Of a stretch of 64,000 nucleotides of DNA, positions 21,187 to 29,727 are shown one piece after another. The notes under the pieces were generated by a model. The model saw nothing but the letters and a program-made list of their open reading frames with translations, did not search any database and was not told where the DNA came from. Position numbers and translations under genes: made by a program. How positions within the stretch are numbered: the first letter of the stretch is position 1; every line of letters begins with the position of its first letter. This stretch comes from a virus (taxonomy: Duplodnaviria; Caudoviricetes), in IMG/VR virus record IMGVR_UViG_3300042940_001591; one strand, 5' to 3'.

Positions 21187-24100
21187 GGTTTATAATAATT
21201 TAGTTTATCACCTATTTTATTCTTTGTATTAAATATTTTCTTCAAATCTGTTTTCGCTTCCGTGGTTAACTCCCCCGTTACTACCTCAAATTCAATTTCT
21301 TTATCATTTTTCTTAACAGGAAATTTATCTAATTTAAACTTCTTCTCTGTTGGTTTTGTAATAAAATTATCAAATTTCTTTTCTAATTTTGTTTTTATCT
21401 TATCTGTAAAGTTTACAGTATCAACGTTATATAAATCTAAAATACTTTTCTTTTCATCTTTAAGTAATACAGATAACATATCATTCATATCTTGTGGTGA
21501 TAATGCTGAATAATCTAATGTAGTTGTAAAATCTTCTGTAAAATGTTGGAAGTTATTTTTAATATATGTTATAACGCTTGAATAGTTTGAATAAAAACCT
21601 TCATTTGTAAATCCCACACTAAAAGTAACTCCACTATAATTTTCCTTTTCTATTTTACCATCTCTTTCGTATTTTGTAATAAAATTAACTTTGTCTAATG
21701 CCTCAATCACCTCTTTTCTAACATCTTCTACTTTTTTCATTTCCTTAAAATCACTAATCTTTTGTGTCTTATCTGAAATTAATTTTTTAACATATGGTTT
21801 TAATAAGTCATTTGAATTAGATACTAATGATGATGGTAATACGTCTGAAAATCCTAAAACACTAGTTAAATCCGCAGTATTGGAAACATAATTAACTAAT
21901 GAGTCAGTTAATCTTATTTTTAATTTATTTAAATCAAGAGAAGGTTTATATTCTCCCAATAGTTTTATGTCTTCTGCAGATGTTGTATTGGTATTAACAG
22001 TATATCCAGTTATTGTTCTAAAATTTTGTGATAAAAACATTTGACCTATTTTTGGACCAAAGTTCTTTATAACTTCATTATATGCGGTTTGGTATGTATT
22101 AAAGTAATTTCCAACACTACTATAAACCATATCAATGGTGTTAGTATATTTCATCTTATTTCCATTTGGGGTTCCGATATATGTTCCCTCAACTGTTTTG
22201 TTTGAGTTTGCTGAATCGTTTTTACCTTCTAACGAAAATCCGTTTCTTTTTTGTAATTCTTCTAAAAAATCTTTTGTGAATTTTTCAGCGTCTTTTCCGT
22301 CTATTTTAGTTGTTGTAGAAATTGCTCTTTCATCATACATTTCTGTATTTGCAAAAAAGTTTGACGATAATGCATTTTGTAATCTCTCAACAGGTTTTTC
22401 TAAACCTTGTCCTCCAATAAATGAAACTTGTAAACTTACATTAGCAATCATTGGTTGTACACCAATTCCTTCTGGATTTAAATCCCAAGTACTATCTTCA
22501 TATGTAATTCCAACATCTCTAATAATAACTTTAGAATGGTAAAAATCACCAATTCTTAAAACACAAATAGGTGGTGGACCAAATGAAGTATTTCTTGCTC
22601 CCACATCTAATGGGTCCGAAACTCCTTTAATTGGGATTGTATCTCCAGGTCTTACACATTGCAATAAGAATGTTAATCTACTATTTAATCCTTCGGGTGT
22701 TGTTGAATGGAAACCCGGATGGAAATATCTTAATTTTTCTTTTAATGAGGTAAATGCAACTGGTGAATCTTCTTCTAACTTTTTAAAGTAATGACACTCC
22801 GATAATGTTTTCATAATGATTCTCTTCATCACATCTATAGTAGGTTTCCTATTCGGTACAGTCGTTGTACCATCTGGTTCAATTGTTGTTATTGGAACCG
22901 GTATATTTGGTACTGTAATTTCCTGTGGTTGTTCAGGTTTCTTCTTATAATCAAATTTAACTCTAGCTTGTCTACAATAAAATGCAATAGGTGATGTATC
23001 TTTAAGACCTTGTCTTGTTAATATTTTTTGATTACAATTTAAATTATCTTTACCACCTGTGTTTTTTAAAGTGGTATCTTCACCATTTGTATTAAATTTA
23101 AAAATAAACTTACCATCTACGTCATAACCAAAATCCTTAAATGTAAATTCTTTTACAAATTCTCCTGGTTTTTGATTGGTTCCTGTTTTTTCATATGGTT
23201 TTAAAACGGTATCGTTAAACCATTTTAGTTCAGGTGTTTTACCATTTGATATTCCTTTGAATATATCTTGAAAAATACTATGTCCTCTTCTAACACCTAA
23301 ATAAAAATTATATGTACTATCTGCAACTTCTGAAGTTGATGATGAAATTGAAAAAGTAACTTCGCTAACCGTCTTACCTGTAATATCAGATTTTAATGCA
23401 GCTAATTTTGTATTGTATTCTGTATACCCACTTGTTAATTCATCAAACCCTGTTGCAATTTTTTGTGCTTCTTTACTAATTGTGGCTCCACTTGTTGCAG
23501 AATCAATAGATTCTTTACCAAAAATAACCAATCTATCTTTTTTATGATTTTCGGTTGTTCCTACCACTAATTCACCTAAATCGATAACAGTATTTCCAGT
23601 GTATGTTACTTTTTGTTTAACATACTGTTCATATAATTGTGTGTACGTTAAATTTGTTGATCCTTTTGTTGAACCATCTTTTTTAGGATAATCGTTTGCA
23701 AAATAAAATCTCTTATCAAATTGTACCGTTGTGTCTTTACCTCCATTTTGTCCTTTATCGGGTTTAGGAAATGTAACTGGTGTTGTGGTATATTTGTATT
23801 TTTTAATTTCCTGTGGTGGTTTAGAAGAATTTAAATATAGTTTTATTAGATTAATATCGTCACTATCTAAAGTTGTATATGTTTGTATTAAACTATAAAA
23901 ATCAATTTCTTCACATCCAGCAAAAAATGCATTAATGTAATTATCCGCCTCTTCATCCGACATTCCTTTGAAGTGTTCTCTAACTAATAAATTTAAAATA
24001 CTTGGGTGATCAACAACAACTTTAAAAGATATTGTACCACTTCTTGATGTATTTTGATAAGTATAAATTGGTTCCGGTCTTCCTAAAAAAGAGTTCTCCT

Positions 24101-25934
24101 CCCATCTTGCACTATTCTGTTCGTTCATTTTTAAATCATATGGTGGGAACCACATAACACGACCTCCGTTATTACCCCTTTCACAAGCCGGTAAATCGGT
24201 AACTTTAAAACCATCTCTATTAGATGTTTTCCAAGCCAAATTCTCAATTGAGAACATATACTTTTTAGCGTAAAAACCTCCTCCATATGGATACTTGTCA
24301 ACTATATTTGTTGAACCATCAAAAGATTTATTACCGTTAGACATTGGTGCATAATTTAAATTCCACGGTGTACTTCCTCCTCCCATTACACTACCGTCAA
24401 ATTTTCTTACATTACCTGTTCTTTTCATGGTATCGGAATAGTGCATATATGACCTATCCTTTGTCCATACTCTACAATATTCAACACCACTTTCTTCACC
24501 TGAAAATTTATTTGTGTATTTGATTGCAGAACCTTTTGATATTCTTAAATCACCTTCTCCAAATACTCTACTTGTTTGGTCGATTACATTTCCAACATGT
24601 GAAATTGATCCTCCGTCGGATGGCATCGAATTTAAAATTTCCTGTGTAGTTCCTAATATAGAATCTTCTCTAAAATTAAATGCGGTGGATTTTGAATCGT
24701 CAAATGTTGATGATTCACTACCCCATTCTTTATTACCTGAACCTAATTTATTTTTAGAATTTTTACTAATCCATGTAAGATTACCGGTAATTTTACCTCC
24801 CTCAGTAATGTTTTTACTTCTGTGAAATAATTCGGCAGAAACTCTATCAAACATTATTGAAAGATAATATGGACTTCTAACGGGTCTATCATTAAAATCA
24901 CCCATCGCATATTTTACATCTTCACCTCTATCGTCCCCTATATATGCTATTCCCGCAGGTGCTTCAACACCTAAAATATTTTTTACACCTTGTGCTGCTC
25001 TGTCAATAAAATTAAATAATTTTGAGGTGTTTTGTGATCTTGCGGTTGTTGTATAATTTGGTGCATATTTGTTAAATGTTAACGTATCAAATAATCTATT
25101 TTTTTGACCGTCACCCATATATTCGATTAATAAGTCCGAAGGTTTTCTTGATAACCTTGGTCTTCTTTTTATACCAATTAATGAACCTAGTACACCTGTA
25201 ACATCTTGAAATAATTTACCAACTTCAGTTCTTGCTTGTGGTCTTATATTTACAGGATTTGCTGGATTCGATAAATAATCGCCAGGTATTTCACTAAATG
25301 GTAATTGTGTTCCTGAAATGGTTTGTAAAAAATCAATTGCTTTACCCGGTAAAGTTCTTGCTACTGTAATTTTATTATTAGGGTCAACCAATGGTTCTCT
25401 ACCCGTAACTATGTTAAACGCAGTTGCGGTATTACCATTAAGAGCATCCAATAATCTTAATCTACCATTTGTTGCTGTATCAATATTTCTTGATATTCTT
25501 GAAAGAACAGGTCCATCAGGATTGTTTTTAATATTGTTAGCCGCAAATTTAAATAATTCAGATTCATTATCATATTTTGATGAACCCATAATACCAACTA
25601 AATTATACGTTGGTGTATTTGTTGGGAAATAAGGATAAAGATTTAAACCATTACTTCTTCTTTGTATTAATACTGTATTTAAATCTTCAACAATTAAATA
25701 ATTGTCAGAAGGTTGATTAACATTTAAATTAGATATGTTATCAACTTGTGTCTTTCTACTTGTAGAATCGTTTAAAACAACGTCTCCATTGTCTTTATTA
25801 GACATGTCACTTAACTTATCAACTGAAAATGATGCATTACTAAAAGTCTGTGGACCATTAGGTACATTAAGTGTTTTACCTAATATATAATCTCTGAATT
25901 TTTTAGTCGAATTAAAGTCTAAGTAACTTGGCAT
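21183..25934 (-). CDS. Large baseplate / tail-tube initiator protein (gp48/gp54-like tube fold) with an inserted OmpA-like region
   Basis: WFPPYDLKMNEQNSARWEENSFLGRPEPIYTYQNTSRSGTISFKVVVD and PPPICVLRIGDFYHSKVIIRDVGITYEDSTWD...PMIANVSLQ are tube-initiator-like halves; FYFANDYP...SSTSEVADSTYNFYLGVRRGHSI is OmpA-like. Confidence 0.6.
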   Translation of the reverse strand: MPSYLDFNSTKKFRDYILGKTLNVPNGPQTFSNASFSVDKLSDMSNKDNGDVVLNDSTSRKTQVDNISNLNVNQPSDNYLIVEDLNTVLIQRRSNGLNLYPYFPTNTPTYNLVGIMGSSKYDNESELFKFAANNIKNNPDGPVLSRISRNIDTATNGRLRLLDALNGNTATAFNIVTGREPLVDPNNKITVARTLPGKAIDFLQTISGTQLPFSEIPGDYLSNPANPVNIRPQARTEVGKLFQDVTGVLGSLIGIKRRPRLSRKPSDLLIEYMGDGQKNRLFDTLTFNKYAPNYTTTARSQNTSKLFNFIDRAAQGVKNILGVEAPAGIAYIGDDRGEDVKYAMGDFNDRPVRSPYYLSIMFDRVSAELFHRSKNITEGGKITGNLTWISKNSKNKLGSGNKEWGSESSTFDDSKSTAFNFREDSILGTTQEILNSMPSDGGSISHVGNVIDQTSRVFGEGDLRISKGSAIKYTNKFSGEESGVEYCRVWTKDRSYMHYSDTMKRTGNVRKFDGSVMGGGSTPWNLNYAPMSNGNKSFDGSTNIVDKYPYGGGFYAKKYMFSIENLAWKTSNRDGFKVTDLPACERGNNGGRVMWFPPYDLKMNEQNSARWEENSFLGRPEPIYTYQNTSRSGTISFKVVVDHPSILNLLVREHFKGMSDEEADNYINAFFAGCEEIDFYSLIQTYTTLDSDDINLIKLYLNSSKPPQEIKKYKYTTTPVTFPKPDKGQNGGKDTTVQFDKRFYFANDYPKKDGSTKGSTNLTYTQLYEQYVKQKVTYTGNTVIDLGELVVGTTENHKKDRLVIFGKESIDSATSGATISKEAQKIATGFDELTSGYTEYNTKLAALKSDITGKTVSEVTFSISSSTSEVADSTYNFYLGVRRGHSIFQDIFKGISNGKTPELKWFNDTVLKPYEKTGTNQKPGEFVKEFTFKDFGYDVDGKFIFKFNTNGEDTTLKNTGGKDNLNCNQKILTRQGLKDTSPIAFYCRQARVKFDYKKKPEQPQEITVPNIPVPITTIEPDGTTTVPNRKPTIDVMKRIIMKTLSECHYFKKLEEDSPVAFTSLKEKLRYFHPGFHSTTPEGLNSRLTFLLQCVRPGDTIPIKGVSDPLDVGARNTSFGPPPICVLRIGDFYHSKVIIRDVGITYEDSTWDLNPEGIGVQPMIANVSLQVSFIGGQGLEKPVERLQNALSSNFFANTEMYDERAISTTTKIDGKDAEKFTKDFLEELQKRNGFSLEGKNDSANSNKTVEGTYIGTPNGNKMKYTNTIDMVYSSVGNYFNTYQTAYNEVIKNFGPKIGQMFLSQNFRTITGYTVNTNTTSAEDIKLLGEYKPSLDLNKLKIRLTDSLVNYVSNTADLTSVLGFSDVLPSSLVSNSNDLLKPYVKKLISDKTQKISDFKEMKKVEDVRKEVIEALDKVNFITKYERDGKIEKENYSGVTFSVGFTNEGFYSNYSSVITYIKNNFQHFTEDFTTTLDYSALSPQDMNDMLSVLLKDEKKSILDLYNVDTVNFTDKIKTKLEKKFDNFITKPTEKKFKLDKFPVKKNDKEIEFEVVTGELTTEAKTDLKKIFNTKNKIGDKLNYYKP

Positions 25935-25955
25935 TATATTTTATAATAAATAGAT

Positions 25956-27884
25956 TTATTTAGTTTTTGGTGGTGCTGTATATTCATCATTACCTGTGTT
26001 TATAAAATCTTCTTTTACACTTGCATCTCTGATAATTTGTCTAGTCCAACCATCCATTAATGCTTCAGATGATTTAGCTGAAACTTCAACTTTCACAACT
26101 TTTGTTGATGAGGTATTTGCGGCCGCTTGTTTAGCTTCCGCAGCTTTCTTTTCTGCCTCCGCAACATTCATCGCATTTGTTTGTGTTGTAGCAGTACCTT
26201 GTGATTTTGGTTTTTCACCTTTAAGTTCGCTAATGTAATTACCAACCAACTTATTAAAGTTATCACTCATTTGAACCGTACCCTTTGAGACATTATCTGC
26301 AGTTTCTTTGACGAATTTCTGAGCATCTTCCCCCGTTAAACCCGCAGCTTCGGCTGCAGATTTAGCCATATTAACTACACGACCTCTTGTTGTAGCGGCC
26401 ATGAATCCAATATCTCTTTCTATGTTTTCCATAGCACTTAACTGTCCTCTTGCAATGTCTTCTGTAGACATTTTTTCAAATGCGGCTTGGTTTGCTAATA
26501 ATGTAGTTTTTTGTGCATTTGTTAAATCTTCTAAAATAACTTCTGTTTGTCCACCTAATTCACTCATTAAAGATTTAGGAACTTCAATAACCATTTTACC
26601 ATCTTTCATTTGTGATAAGTTAGTTAAGAATTCCCTTTCTTTATCTTCCATTACTAATCCACTTGTCATTAAAGCACTCGCAGCGGCAGTTCTTTCTGAA
26701 GCCGCTATTGCACCTTTAGCCAATTCTTGATACGATATACCCAATTCACTTGCCATTGCTTTGGCCTTTCTTAGGTTAACACCTGTAATTTCAAATCTAC
26801 CTTGTTCTTGATTATATGTGGTTAATGAACCCGCAGCACCAATTAATGCGTCTTGTAATCCTTCCACATTATTGGTTGCCATGTACATTAATTTTATTGG
26901 GTCACCAAAGTCACCCATAGCACCTCCCAATACCGATAAATTTGCACTTAATTCTAACGCACCTTCAGGACTAAACACTTTATCCGCAATCTGATAAACA
27001 GAATCCATACTTATTCTAAATTCATTGGCCTTTTGAACCATTCTATTTAATCCTTGTACACCATTTGCAAATCCAAATTCATTTAATTTTCCTAAATTGT
27101 CTCTTAAATCTTGTGTTGTTTTTTTACTATTCAAACCTAAAGATAATGAAGATTTACCAGCAGTATCAATGGCCTTGGTTGCGTCTGAAGCACCTAAACC
27201 GACTTTTTCAAATTGACCAAATACTCTACCCATTTCACTTAAATCTCCAACAAAAGACCTTGCGGTTGCTGCCGCTTGACCTATTGTTTCTTTTGATATG
27301 AGATTAAATCTACCCGATTCTGACATCATGTTTGTCATCATATCAGTTAGTTGTTGCATCCCATATCCTAATCTAAGTGTTGATGGATATGCGTCTATTA
27401 TTTCTTCTCTTAGACCTTTTGAAAGTTCCCCTTGCATACCAACTTTTTCGTTGATATCTGTTCTTAATTGAGCTTCTTGTTTTAATTGAGTTGCTATTCC
27501 ACCACCAACTTCTTCAACCAATCTACTAGCCATCCCCATTAGTCCTCCAGTTACCTGTCCTTTTTTATTAATAATATCTAACATATTACTAATTCTAAAC
27601 ATTTCACCTTCGGCGTATTGTGATGATTGTGTTTTTTGTGTGTCTATTGTTCCTCTTACAAAATCAACAGCCTTATTTCCAAAATTTTGTTTGGTATCCG
27701 TTATTGGTGTATTTGTTGTACCTAATTTTTCATTATATAACTTCCATGTACCTGCTAATGATGCTCCATCGGAGCTGTCTCCCTTATATGCTTTACCAAA
27801 TTCTTTTTGATACGCGTCGGCAAACGCAATTTTGAAAGCGCTTTCATTTGTAATTCCACTAGGTATTCTGCTTAATAATCCCAT
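25956..27884 (-). CDS. Tape measure protein
   Basis: Ala/Gly/Leu/Met-rich alpha-helical 642-aa protein directly downstream of the tail chaperone genes. Confidence 0.75.
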   Translation of the reverse strand: MGLLSRIPSGITNESAFKIAFADAYQKEFGKAYKGDSSDGASLAGTWKLYNEKLGTTNTPITDTKQNFGNKAVDFVRGTIDTQKTQSSQYAEGEMFRISNMLDIINKKGQVTGGLMGMASRLVEEVGGGIATQLKQEAQLRTDINEKVGMQGELSKGLREEIIDAYPSTLRLGYGMQQLTDMMTNMMSESGRFNLISKETIGQAAATARSFVGDLSEMGRVFGQFEKVGLGASDATKAIDTAGKSSLSLGLNSKKTTQDLRDNLGKLNEFGFANGVQGLNRMVQKANEFRISMDSVYQIADKVFSPEGALELSANLSVLGGAMGDFGDPIKLMYMATNNVEGLQDALIGAAGSLTTYNQEQGRFEITGVNLRKAKAMASELGISYQELAKGAIAASERTAAASALMTSGLVMEDKEREFLTNLSQMKDGKMVIEVPKSLMSELGGQTEVILEDLTNAQKTTLLANQAAFEKMSTEDIARGQLSAMENIERDIGFMAATTRGRVVNMAKSAAEAAGLTGEDAQKFVKETADNVSKGTVQMSDNFNKLVGNYISELKGEKPKSQGTATTQTNAMNVAEAEKKAAEAKQAAANTSSTKVVKVEVSAKSSEALMDGWTRQIIRDASVKEDFINTGNDEYTAPPKTK

Positions 27885-27901
27885 ATCATATAAATAGATG
27901 T

Positions 27902-28084
27902 TTAATTATTTCCATTTTCTAATGATATTAAATATTGTATATAATAACGTCTGATATAGACGGGCATAGAAAGGATATCTCCATATGAGAATCCTCTTTT
28001 AACTAAAAATAAAATCTCGTCTAACTGTCCCTTTTTATAATCCGTAGAAAGGACGAAAAAACTCAACCCCGAATCCAATTTCAA
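27902..28084 (-). CDS. Tail chaperone C-terminal extension (gp51/GT-like); probably reached by frameshift
   Basis: QLDEILFLVKRGFSYGDILSMPVYIRRYYIQYL; only a TTG start, lying inside the upstream gene; overlaps gp26-like in the +1 frame. Confidence 0.7.
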   Translation of the reverse strand: MKLDSGLSFFVLSTDYKKGQLDEILFLVKRGFSYGDILSMPVYIRRYYIQYLISLENGNN

Positions 28085-28784
28085 CTTGGATTGTGTCTCC
28101 TGACGGGGTGATTGCTGTTTGGGTTAAGTCTAACCCCGGTTTATTTTCGTTGATAAATTTTCTAAAATCTTGTGAGTCCTTAATCGGCATGTTCTCAACA
28201 AAGTTTCTAATATTCATTAGGTCTTTATTGCCCGCGACCGATTTAATCATCATTTCAAGTTGTTTAGTGATAATTGGAGCCACTCCGTTACCGTTCCAAC
28301 TATCTCTAATTGCGTCTATTTCCTTTTCTTGTTTCTTATTTAAAAAATTAAATGTGATATCTAATTTTGATTTTTCCATGAAATAAGAATATTCACCATT
28401 TGAATCTGCAACTAATTTAAAGTCTTTTGTTTTTACTGTTGATAAATCTAATTCAAAATCAAACTGTTCTCCTGTTTTTGGGTCTGTTGATGTAACTTTA
28501 TAATCACTACCAAATGAGGTATTTCTTAAGAATATTAAAATCGCTTGTCTATCCTCCTCAACCAAATCATCGATAGGTAAATCTTTATCTAAAATTTTTC
28601 TTTTTAGTAATTCGTCAACAACTTTATTAGTTGCAATTAAACTTGGGGATGATAAGATATTCTCATCTGCGGCGGTTAAGTATGCGATTCTTACCGATTT
28701 TTTGTTATTTGTATAATGAATACCTCTACTTGGTAATTCAACTACGTCATAAGCAATGTTGGGGTCAATTCTAAATTCTTCCAT
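28035..28784 (-). CDS. Baseplate hub / tail assembly chaperone, T4 gp26-like
   Basis: YDVVELPSRGIHY...LTAADENIL...LRNTSFGSDY...DPKTGEQFDFELDL...IGFGVEFFRP; lies between tube and tape measure. Confidence 0.8.
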   Translation of the reverse strand: MEEFRIDPNIAYDVVELPSRGIHYTNNKKSVRIAYLTAADENILSSPSLIATNKVVDELLKRKILDKDLPIDDLVEEDRQAILIFLRNTSFGSDYKVTSTDPKTGEQFDFELDLSTVKTKDFKLVADSNGEYSYFMEKSKLDITFNFLNKKQEKEIDAIRDSWNGNGVAPIITKQLEMMIKSVAGNKDLMNIRNFVENMPIKDSQDFRKFINENKPGLDLTQTAITPSGDTIQVEIGFGVEFFRPFYGL

Positions 28785-28828
28785 AGTACAATTTAAACTA
28801 TAAGTAGATTAAAGTAAAGTTTTTGCAT

Positions 28829-28880
28829 AAAAAAAACCGACAACCCATTAGACAGATTTACTAATTTGATTATCGGTTTT
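28829..28880 (-). terminator. Long hairpin terminator after the tail tube gene
   Basis: Minus strand AAAACCGATAATC...GGTTGTCGGTTTT followed by TTTT. Confidence 0.65.
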
Positions 28881-28898
28881 AATATTAAATAGAAACTA

Positions 28899-29387
28899 TT
28901 AGTATACTTGGATACAACGGTCCATTCTCAAGTTACAAGTAATTTGAGCTAAAGCATCGTTGTTGTAATCTAAATCACCAAAGTTTAAACTTGTTAAGAA
29001 ACAACCTTGGATAATCCATTTTTCAACAACAACTCCTGTTGGGTCAAGCATTTCAAGTTCAATGTCTTTTTTGTATCCGGCAGCATATCCCATTCTACCT
29101 GTTACTGATTCCGCATGTAAACGGAACCATTCCATTAACGCTTGAGAAGCTGAAGGACCAATCGGGTCTTTAAAAGTAACACTCATTTCTTCCCAAGTGA
29201 ATCTACCAGCAACATAAGTTGAAGTATTCAAGAAAGGAATCTCTGTTGAGTTAATTTTAGCTGAAGGTCTTTTTGTTGAAGATACATACCATTCGTTAAT
29301 TCCCAAAGATGAAGGGAATCTAAGAATAAATCTGTTCTGTCTTTTCGGTTCGTAAGGAACCGGCATTTTCATTAGTAAATCTGCCAT
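28899..29387 (-). CDS. Tail tube protein (gp19-like)
   Basis: YEPKRQNRFIL, AGRFTWEEMSVTFKDPI, YKKDIELEMLDPTGVVVEKWIIQGCF, ITCNLRMDRC. Confidence 0.93.
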   Translation of the reverse strand: MADLLMKMPVPYEPKRQNRFILRFPSSLGINEWYVSSTKRPSAKINSTEIPFLNTSTYVAGRFTWEEMSVTFKDPIGPSASQALMEWFRLHAESVTGRMGYAAGYKKDIELEMLDPTGVVVEKWIIQGCFLTSLNFGDLDYNNDALAQITCNLRMDRCIQVY

Positions 29388-29511
29388 TTTGTATTTGTTA
29401 AATTTTTTGTTATTTTATACTTCTTATAAATATGTGTTATTTGGAAATAAATTTATTTTTGGTTAGGTACTTGATTTTATCAATTATTTTTCGTAGTTTT
29501 TTACAAACCCT

Positions 29512-29620
29512 CCAGTATTCTAGTTCCAGTAATAAATAATATATCTATTTTTTAATAATTTATTCAATATTAAATAAATACTAGTATAACCAGTTCTAGA
29601 TTATACTAGTATATACTGGG
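29512..29620. other. Origin-like element: 48/50 AT core flanked by CCAGT/CTAGT repeats and palindromes
   Basis: AT core at 29531-29580; ATACTAGTAT palindromes at 29578 and 29603; CCAGTAT (29512) and ATACTGG (29613) form an outer inverted repeat. Confidence 0.45.
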
Positions 29621-29651
29621 TGCAGTAAAACAATCCAATCATTATACAAAA

Positions 29652-29674
29652 GGTTCCACGTGGAACGTTCCACA
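29652..29674. promoter_or_regulatory. parS-like palindrome with an extra half-site
   Basis: GTTCCAC-GTGGAAC-GTTCCAC at 29653-29673; the 16-mer GGTTCCACGTGGAACG matches TGTTCCACGTGGAACA at 14/16 positions. Confidence 0.65.
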
Positions 29675-29704
29675 AATAAAGAAGGAGGTCCAAAGACCCC
29701 CTTC
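29675..29704 (-). terminator. Terminator after the tail sheath gene
   Basis: Minus strand GAAGGGGGTC-TTTG-GACCTCCTTC followed by TTTATTT. Confidence 0.75.
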
Positions 29705-29727
29705 CTATTTTTATATCTCCTTTTAGA

